Part shown: positions 55,086 through 64,000 of the stretch, in pieces | Position numbering within the stretch: position 1 is the stretch's first letter | Layout: each line of letters starts with the position of its first letter | Origin: Patescibacteria group bacterium | GTDB taxonomy: Bacteria; Patescibacteriota; Doudnabacteria; UBA920 | Length of the DNA stretch: 64,000 nt | Direction of reading: 5' to 3' | Assembly (NCBI GenBank): GCA_013387205.1 | Contig: WARV01000019.1 | Coordinates: forward strand, 3,642 to 67,641 | Program-made: the position numbers and the translations under genes | The notes under the pieces: generated by a model | What the model was told of the DNA's origin: nothing | Database searches by the model: none | Seen by the model: the letters and a program-made list of their open reading frames with translations, nothing else

Positions 55086-56111
55086 CTACTCTTCTTCAAA
55101 CTCATGCCCCGTTAAGTCCAAATATACGTCTTCGAGCGTTGCGGTTTTGACCATAAAGCCGTAAAAGACAATATTGTTTTGTTTAAGCAGGCTAATTACC
55201 GCGCTGACTTTATCTAAATTGGTAATTTCTAAAATCACCTTGGGATAGCTGGCGTGGATTTTTTTTATTTCCGGCAAAGTTTTAAAGAGTTCCTGGTTTA
55301 TCTGGCTTTCCGTAAAAAAGGAAATCTGCGTAGTTTCAGACAAGCGGTCAATTAATTTTTTCGGTTCATCGATTTCCAAAATTTTTCCCGAATCCATTAT
55401 GGCAACGCGATTGCACAAAAATTCCGCCTCTTCCATGTAGTGGGTGGTTAAAATAATGGTTATGCCCTGCTTGTTGATGTTTTTTACTAATTGCCAAAGG
55501 TTCCTGCGGGCGGAAGGGTCAAGGCCGGTAGTCGGTTCGTCCAAAAATAAAATGTCGGGATTATGGACCAAAGAGGTGGCTATGGTAAAGCGCTGTTTTT
55601 GCCCGCCGGAAAGCTTGCTGACCAATTCATGCTCTTTGTCTTCCAGGTTGACGAGTTTAAGGAGGGCTTTTCTTCTGTCATCGCGAGGGAGCGCATCCGA
55701 CCGTGGCGATCTGTTTATAGATTGCTTCCCCCTTCGCCAAGGCTTCGGAGGACAGGTCGGCTGCACTCGCAATGACATCGGGTAAAGTGATGCGAATAAA
55801 TCCAGCAGTTCTCCCAGAGTCAAGTGATGCAAATATTCGCTCGATTGCAGCTGAATGCCAATGCGCTCTTTGACCTTGTCGGCATTTTCTAGATTATCAA
55901 ACCCCAAAACATTGATTGTGCCCGAGGTTTGTGCCCGGAGGCCTTCAATGATTTCCAAAGTCGTGGTTTTACCAGCCCCGTTGGGCCCGAGTATTCCAAA
56001 AATCTCGCCTTTTTGCACGGAAAAGCTAACCCCATTAACCGCTTCAAAGGCGTTTTTCTTACCCTGGTTATAAGTTTTCTTTAAGTCTTTGACTTCAATA
56101 ACATTTTGCAT
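55086..56111 (-). CDS. ABC transporter ATP-binding protein with in-frame palindromic insert
   Basis: GPNGAGKTT, LSGGQ, LDEPT, TTH. Confidence 0.95.
   Translation of the reverse strand: MQNVIEVKDLKKTYNQGKKNAFEAVNGVSFSVQKGEIFGILGPNGAGKTTTLEIIEGLRAQTSGTINVLGFDNLENADKVKERIGIQLQSSEYLHHLTLGELLDLFASLYPMSLRVQPTCPPKPWRRGKQSINRSPRSDALPRDDRRKALLKLVNLEDKEHELVSKLSGGQKQRFTIATSLVHNPDILFLDEPTTGLDPSARRNLWQLVKNINKQGITIILTTHYMEEAEFLCNRVAIMDSGKILEIDEPKKLIDRLSETTQISFFTESQINQELFKTLPEIKKIHASYPKVILEITNLDKVSAVISLLKQNNIVFYGFMVKTATLEDVYLDLTGHEFEEE
55676..55777. repeat. TGTCATCGCG..CGCAATGACA element translated in frame (102 bp, 34 codons)
   Basis: Encodes MSLRVQPTCPPKPWRRGKQSINRSPRSDALPRDD; homologous to 43213-43303 and 51180-51385. 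Confidence 0.92.
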
Positions 56112-56172
56112 GGTTTAATTATATCACGATTTTCCCTTATTTTAAGAGGTGTTTAAAAACAGGCTTATTTAT

Positions 56173-56287
56173 ACCCTTAATACAAAATTCGATATGGCCA
56201 GCTAATCAAAACATCGATTTTTAACCTAGTTTAAGCTGTTTTTTAGAGCTTTGCAATCTGACAGAATCGAATGTTGTTTTGCGGGGT
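56173..56287. mobile_element. 115-bp MITE-like element, copy 1
   Basis: Imperfect ~22-bp terminal inverted repeats, AT on both flanks. Confidence 0.65.
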
Positions 56288-56522
56288 ATGCGGAATTGAA
56301 TGGCTTGAGCCTTAGGTTGAGCCATTCAAAATATCTAATTTTATGGGTATTTTCAAGGGGGGCACCTTGAATTAATCAAAGGTGTGAATAAAAAAGAAAG
56401 AAGTCAAAAAAATCCGCTTATTTTAGGGGATTTTGATTAATTTTGTAAGTATATGCTATTTGTGCTATCATCAGTATATAATCAAGACTTTGGGAGGATT
56501 CGCATATTAGTGGATTTAGGAC

Positions 56523-56787
56523 TTGACAAAAATATCTTGACAGGTATAATCCAAATATGCACAATTTTATAAGATTTTAAGCCTAAAGCTAAACGGCCTT
56601 TTTTGCGTATGCGGAAAAGGGTGATGTTTTATGCTCTGCTATCACGAATTTGGGGAGATCGTGGGCAAAAAACATCATTTTAGTCGAGCAGCGGCTTAAC
56701 TTGAGGTCTGTAATTTGAGTTTACAGGCCTGATAAGGTTTATCATTAACAGCCTTTAAAGCAGATTTAAAGGTAAGGATCTTGTTTA
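56523..56787 (+). promoter_or_regulatory. rpoB promoter and ~230-nt structured leader
   Basis: TTGACA-16-TATAAT 56523-56550; several hairpins before ATG. Confidence 0.55.
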
Positions 56788-59700
56788 ATGCAAACTAAAG
56801 CCAAGTCCATAAGTATCGCCGCAGCGCACAGCGCCAAGGCACAAGTCGCGCAGAGGAAATTTTTCAACAAATTCCACGAAGTTTCCCTGGTGCCGAACTT
56901 AATAGAGATCCAGCTGAATTCCTACCGCTGGTTTTTGGAAAAAGGACTCAAGGAACTGCTTGGGGAAATAAACCCCATCCGTGATTTCACGGGAAAGAAT
57001 TTGGAACTGTATTTTGGCGATTATTTTTTTGATAAAGCCAAGTACGACGAATTCACATCGCGCGAGCGCAATACCACTTTCGAAGCTCCGCTGTACGTGT
57101 CCGCCAAACTGGTCAACAAGGTAACCGGCAAGACCAAAACCCAAGATGTCTATTTTGGGGATTTCCCTTTGATGACTCCACGCGGCACGTTCATTATTAA
57201 CGGCGTGGAGCGCGTGGTGGTTAACCAGCTCATTAAGTCTCCGGGCGTGTTCTTTACCGCGGAAAATATCCGCGGCAAAAAGCTCTACGGCGCCAAAATT
57301 ATCCCAAACCGCGGCGCGTGGCTGGAACTGGATACTGACGCAGCCGGCGTGATTGGCGTTAAAATCGACCGCAAGAGAAGGATACCGATTACGGCTTTGC
57401 TTCGCGTGTTCGGGCTGTCTTCCAACGAAGAAATTTTGGCAAAGTTTTCTGATGTCGACACTGACCCGGACACCAAATTCATCCAGAACACTTTGGAAAA
57501 AGACGCATCCACCAATTCCGACGAAGGCTACAAAGAAGTTTACAAGAGAATCCGCCCCGGCGATTTGGCCACTGTAGACAACGCCAAGTCCTTGATTTCC
57601 GGCATGTTCTTTAACGCCGAGCGCTACGATTTGTCCGATGTCGGCCGCTACAAGTTCAACCAGAGAATGAATGTTACTGAAAAGAGCCAGATTTTAACTG
57701 TTGATGATTTGGCCCGGGTTGTTAAGGAAGTTATCCGCTTGAACAATACTCAGGAAATGGAAGATGATATTGACCACTTGGCCAACCGCCGCGTACGCGC
57801 TGTCGGGGAATTAATCCAAACCCGCTTCCGCGTGGGCTTAGCCCGCATGGCCAGGATTGCCAAGGACCGTATGAGCCTTGCTGATTTAGACACTGTTACC
57901 CCGGCCCAGCTTATCCATGTCCGCCCGATTGTTGCTACCATGCAGGAATTTTTCTCCTCTTCCCAATTGTCCCAGTTCATGGACCAGACCAATCCTTTGG
58001 CCGAACTCGAACACAAGAGAAGGCTTAGCGCCATGGGTCCCGGCGGGTTGTCCCGCGAGCGCGCGGGCTTTGAAGTTCGCGACGTGCACCGCTCCCACTA
58101 CGGACGCTTGTGTCCGATTACCACTCCGGAAGGCCCGAACATCGGTTTGGTTGCCCACTTGTCCACTTACGCCAGAGTCAACGATTTCGGATTCATTGAA
58201 ACCCCTTACCGCTTAGTCAAAAAGTTTGCCAAGAATAATGGCAAAGACGGTGTTGGAGAAATTCCGCTGTTTGACGTTAAAGGCGCAGATGGCAAAACAT
58301 TAGCCAAAGCCGGCGAAGTCATTTCCGAAAAACAGGCTAAGGATTTATCCAAAGACGACCAGGTTTTAGAATTCAGGATAAAGCCGCGCGTGACTGACGA
58401 AATTATCAGCCTGGACGCTTATGAAGAAGAAAGGCTGGTCATCGGCCAGTCTAATATAGAGATAGACGAAAACGGCTACTTTACCGAAGCCCGCTCTTCG
58501 GTTAGGGTGCATTCTTCCCCGAGCATTGCCGATACCAATGACATTGACTGTTTGGACGTCTCGCCCAAGCAGATTATTTCCGTTACCACTTCCTTAATTC
58601 CGTTTTTGGAACACGACGACGCTAACCGCGCTTTGATGGGATCCAACATGCAACGCCAGGCCGTGTCCTGCATCAGGCCGGACGCGCCGATTGTCGGCAC
58701 CGGCATGGAAATGAAATCCGCCAGGGATTCCGGGCAGGTGGTTATTGCCGAAGAAGACGGCGAAGTCACTTCTGTTTCCGGCGACAAAATTGTCGTGGTT
58801 GGCGACAAAGGCAAGAAGAAAGAATACCATTTGTTGAAATTCCTGCGCACCAACAGCGCCACTTCCATTAACCAGATTGCGCGCGTTAACAAGGGTGCAA
58901 AAGTCAAAAAAGGCGATCTTTTAGCCGATGGCGCGTCCACGCAGAACGGCGAACTGGCACTCGGCCAAAACGTTTTGGTGGCATTTATGTCCTGGGAAGG
59001 CGGCAACTACGAAGACGCCGTGCTGGTTTCCGAACGCGTGGTGCAGAGAGATTTATATTCCTCCATCCACATTGATGATTTTAAAATAGATGTGCGCGAC
59101 ACCAAGCTCGGGGCCGAGCAGATTACCCGTGACATCCCGAATGTCGGCGAAGAAAAACTTAAAGACTTGGACGATAGCGGAATTATCCGCATCGGCGCGC
59201 AGGTCAAAGCTGGCGATATTTTAGTAGGTAAAATTACGCCTAAAGGCGAAACCGATTTGACTGCGGAAGAAAAACTTTTGCGCGTGATATTCGGCGAAAA
59301 GTCCCGCGACGTTAAAGATACTTCCTTAACTTTGCCTCACGGCGAATACGGGAAAGTCGTTAACATCCGCCAGTTCACCAGGGAGGCCGGCGATAAGTTG
59401 CCCTCGGGCGTTATCCGTTCCATCCAGGTTTCAGTAGCAGTTTTGCGCAAAATCCAGGTTGGCGACAAGATGGCCGGCAGGCACGGGAACAAAGGTGTTA
59501 TCTCTAAAATTATTCCAGTTGAAGATTTGCCATTTATGGCAGACGGTACCCCGGTGGATATTGTACTGAATCCTTTGGGTGTCGTGTCCCGTATGAACTT
59601 GGGTCAGATTTTAGAAACCCACTTGGGCATGGCAGCTTTCAAACAAGGTTTCCGCGTTGCCACGCCAGTGCTCGACGGTGTTACGGAAAAACAAATTAAA

Positions 59701-60288
59701 GAAGAATTGACCAAGGCAGAAATCCCGACAGATGGCAAGGTTGTGCTTTATGACGGCAAGACCGGCGAACAGTTTGACGAGAAAGTCACTGTAGGTATTA
59801 TGTACTTCTTAAAACTGCACCACTTGGTTGATGACAAGATGCATGCCCGCTCCACTGGTCCGTACTCGCTTATCACCCAGCAGCCACTCGGCGGTAAAGC
59901 CCAGTTCGGCGGACAGAGATTCGGGGAAATGGAAGTTTGGGCCCTTGAAGGTTACGGCGCTGCCCACACTTTGCAGGAAATGCTGACCATCAAGTCCGAT
60001 GACGTGGTCGGCAGAAGCAAGACCTACGAAGCCATTGTCAAAGGCGAGCCGATTAAGAAGCCGAATGTTCCGGAATCTTTCCGCGTGTTGGTCAAGGAAT
60101 TGCAGTCGCTTTGCCTTGACGTTGAGCTGCTCGGCGCCGGCGGAGAAATTACCAGCGCCTCGCAGGAATCTGACGTGACTGCCGGAATGGATTTGCCTAA
60201 AGAGCCGGTAGCTGTGCCGGATGCCGCATCGTTATTTGCCGACGAACCGAAGAAAGAGAAGAAAAAGAAGGATAAAAAGTCGAAGTAA
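56788..60288 (+). CDS. rpoB: RNA polymerase beta subunit
   Basis: [37 protein letters not shown]. Confidence 0.99.
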   Translation: MQTKAKSISIAAAHSAKAQVAQRKFFNKFHEVSLVPNLIEIQLNSYRWFLEKGLKELLGEINPIRDFTGKNLELYFGDYFFDKAKYDEFTSRERNTTFEAPLYVSAKLVNKVTGKTKTQDVYFGDFPLMTPRGTFIINGVERVVVNQLIKSPGVFFTAENIRGKKLYGAKIIPNRGAWLELDTDAAGVIGVKIDRKRRIPITALLRVFGLSSNEEILAKFSDVDTDPDTKFIQNTLEKDASTNSDEGYKEVYKRIRPGDLATVDNAKSLISGMFFNAERYDLSDVGRYKFNQRMNVTEKSQILTVDDLARVVKEVIRLNNTQEMEDDIDHLANRRVRAVGELIQTRFRVGLARMARIAKDRMSLADLDTVTPAQLIHVRPIVATMQEFFSSSQLSQFMDQTNPLAELEHKRRLSAMGPGGLSRERAGFEVRDVHRSHYGRLCPITTPEGPNIGLVAHLSTYARVNDFGFIETPYRLVKKFAKNNGKDGVGEIPLFDVKGADGKTLAKAGEVISEKQAKDLSKDDQVLEFRIKPRVTDEIISLDAYEEERLVIGQSNIEIDENGYFTEARSSVRVHSSPSIADTNDIDCLDVSPKQIISVTTSLIPFLEHDDANRALMGSNMQRQAVSCIRPDAPIVGTGMEMKSARDSGQVVIAEEDGEVTSVSGDKIVVVGDKGKKKEYHLLKFLRTNSATSINQIARVNKGAKVKKGDLLADGASTQNGELALGQNVLVAFMSWEGGNYEDAVLVSERVVQRDLYSSIHIDDFKIDVRDTKLGAEQITRDIPNVGEEKLKDLDDSGIIRIGAQVKAGDILVGKITPKGETDLTAEEKLLRVIFGEKSRDVKDTSLTLPHGEYGKVVNIRQFTREAGDKLPSGVIRSIQVSVAVLRKIQVGDKMAGRHGNKGVISKIIPVEDLPFMADGTPVDIVLNPLGVVSRMNLGQILETHLGMAAFKQGFRVATPVLDGVTEKQIKEELTKAEIPTDGKVVLYDGKTGEQFDEKVTVGIMYFLKLHHLVDDKMHARSTGPYSLITQQPLGGKAQFGGQRFGEMEVWALEGYGAAHTLQEMLTIKSDDVVGRSKTYEAIVKGEPIKKPNVPESFRVLVKELQSLCLDVELLGAGGEITSASQESDVTAGMDLPKEPVAVPDAASLFADEPKKEKKKKDKKSK

Positions 60289-60366
60289 ATCTATATAAAA
60301 ATCTTTTAAAATTCAACTTTTTATCATTCAAAAATTAACCTAATTCCTAATTAACCTAATTTCTAA

Positions 60367-60481
60367 ACCCCGTAATACAACATTCGATATGGTTAGTAAT
60401 ATCAATATGTTGATAATATTAAAGGCTTAGTGGTTATCAATACTTGGTAAAGCAACAGAATCAAATGTTGATATACGGGGT
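60367..60481. mobile_element. 115-bp MITE-like element, copy 2, inside a family E element
   Basis: accccgtaatacaacattcgat...atcaaatgttgatatacggggt, AA on both flanks. Confidence 0.7.
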
Positions 60482-60581
60482 AAACAAACCCCAAATCCTA
60501 ATATCTAAACATTAGAAATTGGGAATTAGACATTATTTAGGTCAATTAGAGCAATTAGAATAATTAGAATAATTTATCTCT

Positions 60582-63500
60582 ATGTTAACCCAAACTGAGG
60601 ATTTCAAAGGCGTAAGGCTGAAACTGGCTAGCCCGGACACCATCTTAAACTGGTCCCATGGCGAAGTCACCAAGCCTGAAACCATCAACTATCGCACCCA
60701 GCGTCCGGAAAAGGACGGCTTGTTCGACGAAAAGATTTTCGGGCCTATTAAGGACTGGGAATGCTATTGCGGCAAATACAAGCGTATCCGCTACAAGGGG
60801 ATTGTCTGCGACAAGTGCGGCGTGGAAGTGACTAAGTCTTCCGTCCGCCGCGAGCGCATGGGTCATATTAAATTGTCCGTGCCCGTAGCCCATATTTGGT
60901 TTTTGCGCGGCGTACCGTCCAGACTTGGTCTTATGCTCGATTTAGGCGTGCAGGAACTGGAAAAAGTCGTCTACTTTGCCGCTTATATCATTTCCCATGT
61001 GGATGAAGAAGCCAGGACTAATACGGTTGACCAGATTGAACGCGAATTCAAAGCCAAGAAGAAAGCTATTGAAGAAAAATACGAAACTTTAATCGGCAAA
61101 ACCAAGTCTGCTTTGCAGCAAAAGAGCGGCAAAGTTGACGAGGATGTTTTGCAGGCGGAAATCGACGCGGAAATTACCAGGTTGAAAGACGCTTGGAGCA
61201 AGGAACTCGATGCGCTGGAATCCATCCGCGACCAGGCCAGGAGCGAACTTAAGTCTATCAAGAAATTGCAGATTATTTCCGAACTCCAATACCGCGATTT
61301 GTCCTTAAAGTACGGACCGGTTTTCACTGCGGGAATCGGCGCTGAAGCCTTAAAAGGATTGCTTGAAGAAGTTAATCTGGAAGAAATAGCTAAAGAGCTT
61401 GAAACCGAACTGCCGGATTTGGAAGGCCAGGCCGAGAGGAAAGTTTTAAAGCGCTTAAAGCTTATCAAGTCCTTAATTTTATCAGGTCTTCGCCCTGAAT
61501 GGATGCTTATTACCCATTTGCCGGTTATTCCTCCGGATTTGCGCCCTATGGTCCAGCTCGATGGTGGCCGCTTTGCCGCGTCTGACTTGAACGACTTGTA
61601 CCGCCGCGTGATTAACCGCAACAACCGCTTAAAGAAGCTTTTGGAAATCAAGGCTCCCGAAGTCATTACCAGGAACGAAAAGCGCATGCTGCAGGAAGCT
61701 GTTGATGCGTTAATTGACAATTCCATTCGCCACGGCAAGGAAGTCACCGCTTCCACCGGGCAAAAGAGAAAACTGCGCAGCTTGGCCGATATGCTCAAAG
61801 GCAAACAGGGCAGGTTCCGCCAGAACTTGCTCGGTAAGCGCGTGGACTACTCCGGCCGCTCCGTCATTGTCGTCGGCCCGCACTTGAAATTGCACCAGTG
61901 CGGTTTGCCGAAATTCATGGCGCTTGAATTGTTCAAGCCGTTCGTGATTTCCAAACTCATTGGCCGTGAGTATGCCCATAACGTCCGCAGCGCTAACCGT
62001 CTTATTGAACAAGGCCGCACCGAAGTTTATGATATTTTGGAAGAAGTCACCAAAGACCATTATGTTTTGCTTAACCGCGCCCCGACTTTGCACCGCTTGG
62101 GCTTCCAGGCTTTCCAGCCGGTATTGATAGAAGGAAAAGCCATCCAGTTGCATCCCATGGTTTGCGCCGCGTTTAACGCAGACTTTGACGGTGACCAGAT
62201 GGCTGTGCACGTGCCTTTGACCGAAGCCGCCCAAAAAGAAGCGCGCGAAATAATGGTCTCCGCCCACAACCTGCTTAAGCCGGCATCCGGCGATCCGGTT
62301 ATGACCCCGGACAAAGACGTGGTGGTCGGCTGCTACTACATCACCAAAATCCGCTCTGGCCTCAAAGGCGAAGGCAAGGTGTTTGCCAGCCCTCAGGAAG
62401 CCATTTTGGCTTACAATAACAAGTTCGTTAACATCCAGGCTAAAATTAAAGTCCGCTTGGACAATGGCGAAATTGTGGAAACATCCGTGGGCCGTTTGAT
62501 TTTCAACCGCATCGTTCCAAAAGAGTTCGGCTACAGAAACGAGCATTTTGACAAAAAGAAATTACAGGCTCTGGTCCGCGAAGCGCACCGCTTGTTCGGC
62601 AATAAGCAGACCGCCGAACTTATCGACGAAATCAAGCGCGTCGGCTACACCTATATGAAGCAATCGGGAATTTCCTGGGGTATGGATGACTTGCGCGTAC
62701 CGGACAGCAAGTACGAATTGTTCGGTCAAGCTGACAAGGAAGTGGAAACCACTTACCAGCAATACCGCGAAGGTTTGTTGACCGATGAAGAACGCAAGAA
62801 CCGCATTGTGGAAATTTGGGCAGACACCGGCGAAAAATTAGCTAAAGACGTGGCCCAGACAGTGGAAGACCACAGCTCAGTCAACTACATCTTTACTTCC
62901 GGAGGCAGGGGATCCATGTCGCAGATAAACCAGATGTCAGGTATGAAGGGCTTGGTGGTTAACCCGGCCGGTGACGTTATTGAATTGCCGGTTCGCGGCA
63001 GCTTTAAGGAAGGCTTGGCAGTTTTGGAATATTTCATTTCCACTCACGGCTCCCGTAAAGGTATGTCCGATACCGCTTTAAGGACCGCTGACGCCGGATA
63101 TTTGACCCGCCGCCTTGTCGACGTGGCCCAGGATATCGTGATTAACGCCGAAGATTGCGGCACTGAAGATTATGACATTGTGACTTTGGCTGACAGCCAG
63201 AGGATGAACAAGCCGTTGGACCGCAGGCTGTTCGGCCGCGTGGCCGCCGAAGACGTTAAAGGCAAAGACGGCAAAGTGATTGTCGAGAAAAATTCCGGCA
63301 TTAACGACGAGCAGGCCAAGATGATTATGGATGCCGGCGTGACCGAAGTTAAATGCAGGAGCGTATTAAAGTGCAAACTGTCGCGCGGCATTTGCCGTTT
63401 GTGCTACGGTTACGATTTGGGCTTTAACGATATGGTTAAGCTCGGCGCCGCTGTCGGGATTGTGGCCGCTCAGGCCATTGGTGAGCCGGGAACCCAGCTG

Positions 63501-64000
63501 ACCATGAGAACCTTCCACACCGGAGGTTCAGCGTCCGTTAAGGATATTACCCAAGGTTTGCCCAGAGTCGAAGAATTGTTTGAAGCCAGGGAACCTAAAG
63601 GGCAGGCGACCGTGGCCGAAGCGGACGGGCAAATTTACATTTCAAAGCCCAACAACAAGGAATACGTGGTCCGCATCCAAAGCCAGGACGTGGCTAAGGA
63701 TGTTTACCATTTAGGCAACGCCCGCTCTGCCATCAAAGACGGCAGTGCCGTGAATTCCGGCGACACCTTGTATATCGACGAGTCCGGCCAGAACATAAAA
63801 GCCAAGAGCAACGGCATTGTCAAAGTGGAAAAAGACAAAATCACTGTTATCCACGAAAGCGAAGACATGAAGGAATACGTCATCCCGGCTTCGTTCTCTT
63901 TGCTCGTTAAAGACGGCGACCTGGTGGTTAAAGGCCAGCAGCTGACCGAAGGTAACCTGAACCCGGGCCAGATTATGAATTTGAGGGGATTGGAACCAGC
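60582..64000 (+). CDS. rpoC: RNA polymerase beta' subunit (3' truncated; absent from ORF track)
   Basis: MLTQTEDFKGVRLKLASP, PETINYRT, CYCGKYK, GRFRQNLLGKRVDYS, NADFDGDQMAVH, GEPGTQLTMRTFH. Confidence 0.99.
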   Translation, partial: MLTQTEDFKGVRLKLASPDTILNWSHGEVTKPETINYRTQRPEKDGLFDEKIFGPIKDWECYCGKYKRIRYKGIVCDKCGVEVTKSSVRRERMGHIKLSVPVAHIWFLRGVPSRLGLMLDLGVQELEKVVYFAAYIISHVDEEARTNTVDQIEREFKAKKKAIEEKYETLIGKTKSALQQKSGKVDEDVLQAEIDAEITRLKDAWSKELDALESIRDQARSELKSIKKLQIISELQYRDLSLKYGPVFTAGIGAEALKGLLEEVNLEEIAKELETELPDLEGQAERKVLKRLKLIKSLILSGLRPEWMLITHLPVIPPDLRPMVQLDGGRFAASDLNDLYRRVINRNNRLKKLLEIKAPEVITRNEKRMLQEAVDALIDNSIRHGKEVTASTGQKRKLRSLADMLKGKQGRFRQNLLGKRVDYSGRSVIVVGPHLKLHQCGLPKFMALELFKPFVISKLIGREYAHNVRSANRLIEQGRTEVYDILEEVTKDHYVLLNRAPTLHRLGFQAFQPVLIEGKAIQLHPMVCAAFNADFDGDQMAVHVPLTEAAQKEAREIMVSAHNLLKPASGDPVMTPDKDVVVGCYYITKIRSGLKGEGKVFASPQEAILAYNNKFVNIQAKIKVRLDNGEIVETSVGRLIFNRIVPKEFGYRNEHFDKKKLQALVREAHRLFGNKQTAELIDEIKRVGYTYMKQSGISWGMDDLRVPDSKYELFGQADKEVETTYQQYREGLLTDEERKNRIVEIWADTGEKLAKDVAQTVEDHSSVNYIFTSGGRGSMSQINQMSGMKGLVVNPAGDVIELPVRGSFKEGLAVLEYFISTHGSRKGMSDTALRTADAGYLTRRLVDVAQDIVINAEDCGTEDYDIVTLADSQRMNKPLDRRLFGRVAAEDVKGKDGKVIVEKNSGINDEQAKMIMDAGVTEVKCRSVLKCKLSRGICRLCYGYDLGFNDMVKLGAAVGIVAAQAIGEPGTQLTMRTFHTGGSASVKDITQGLPRVEELFEAREPKGQATVAEADGQIYISKPNNKEYVVRIQSQDVAKDVYHLGNARSAIKDGSAVNSGDTLYIDESGQNIKAKSNGIVKVEKDKITVIHESEDMKEYVIPASFSLLVKDGDLVVKGQQLTEGNLNPGQIMNLRGLEP

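Noticed and set aside
60645-63391. Long minus-strand ORFs (up to 278 aa)
   Set aside because: Antisense shadows of rpoC, which the track omitted because it has no stop in the window
1-64000. Recoded TGA (genetic code 25)
   Set aside because: recF and the PilB-like gene end at TGA at expected lengths, and conserved genes have no internal TGA

Overview
Chromosomal origin-of-replication region of a small-genome, AT-rich bacterium using genetic code 11 (TGA is a stop). The gene repertoire suggests Patescibacteria/CPR (inference). Core content: gyrA 3' end, tRNA-Ile with an unusual UAU anticodon, rsmI, yebC, ruvC, tyrS, class A PBP, the jag-yidC-yidD-rnpA-rpmH / oriC / dnaA-dnaN-recF-dciA block, rsmE, ruvB, tsaE, pilB-like ATPase, polA, rpsT, uvrB, ruvA, femX, murE, tsaB, rpoB and rpoC (truncated). 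There is no CRISPR array, prophage or intact transposase. The unusual layer is non-coding. Many intergenic gaps, and several protein-coding genes, carry short palindromic or tandem-inverted elements from roughly ten or more families. They nest inside one another and are translated in frame in polA, uvrB, an ABC ATPase and an O-antigen ligase. One 30-nt element always inserts directly after GCT. One family always ends 7-10 nt before a start codon with an AGGA. A 115-bp MITE-like pair has 2-bp flanking repeats. A PaaX-like (wHTH plus Cas2-like fold) gene is bracketed by ACGGCCGT-centred palindromes that recur across the window, and lies head-to-head with a candidate ~190-nt sRNA. A second candidate ~400-nt structured ncRNA with its own promoter and terminator lies between uvrB and ruvA. 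Three unannotated microproteins also look real. All calls were made by eye; no searches or folding were run.
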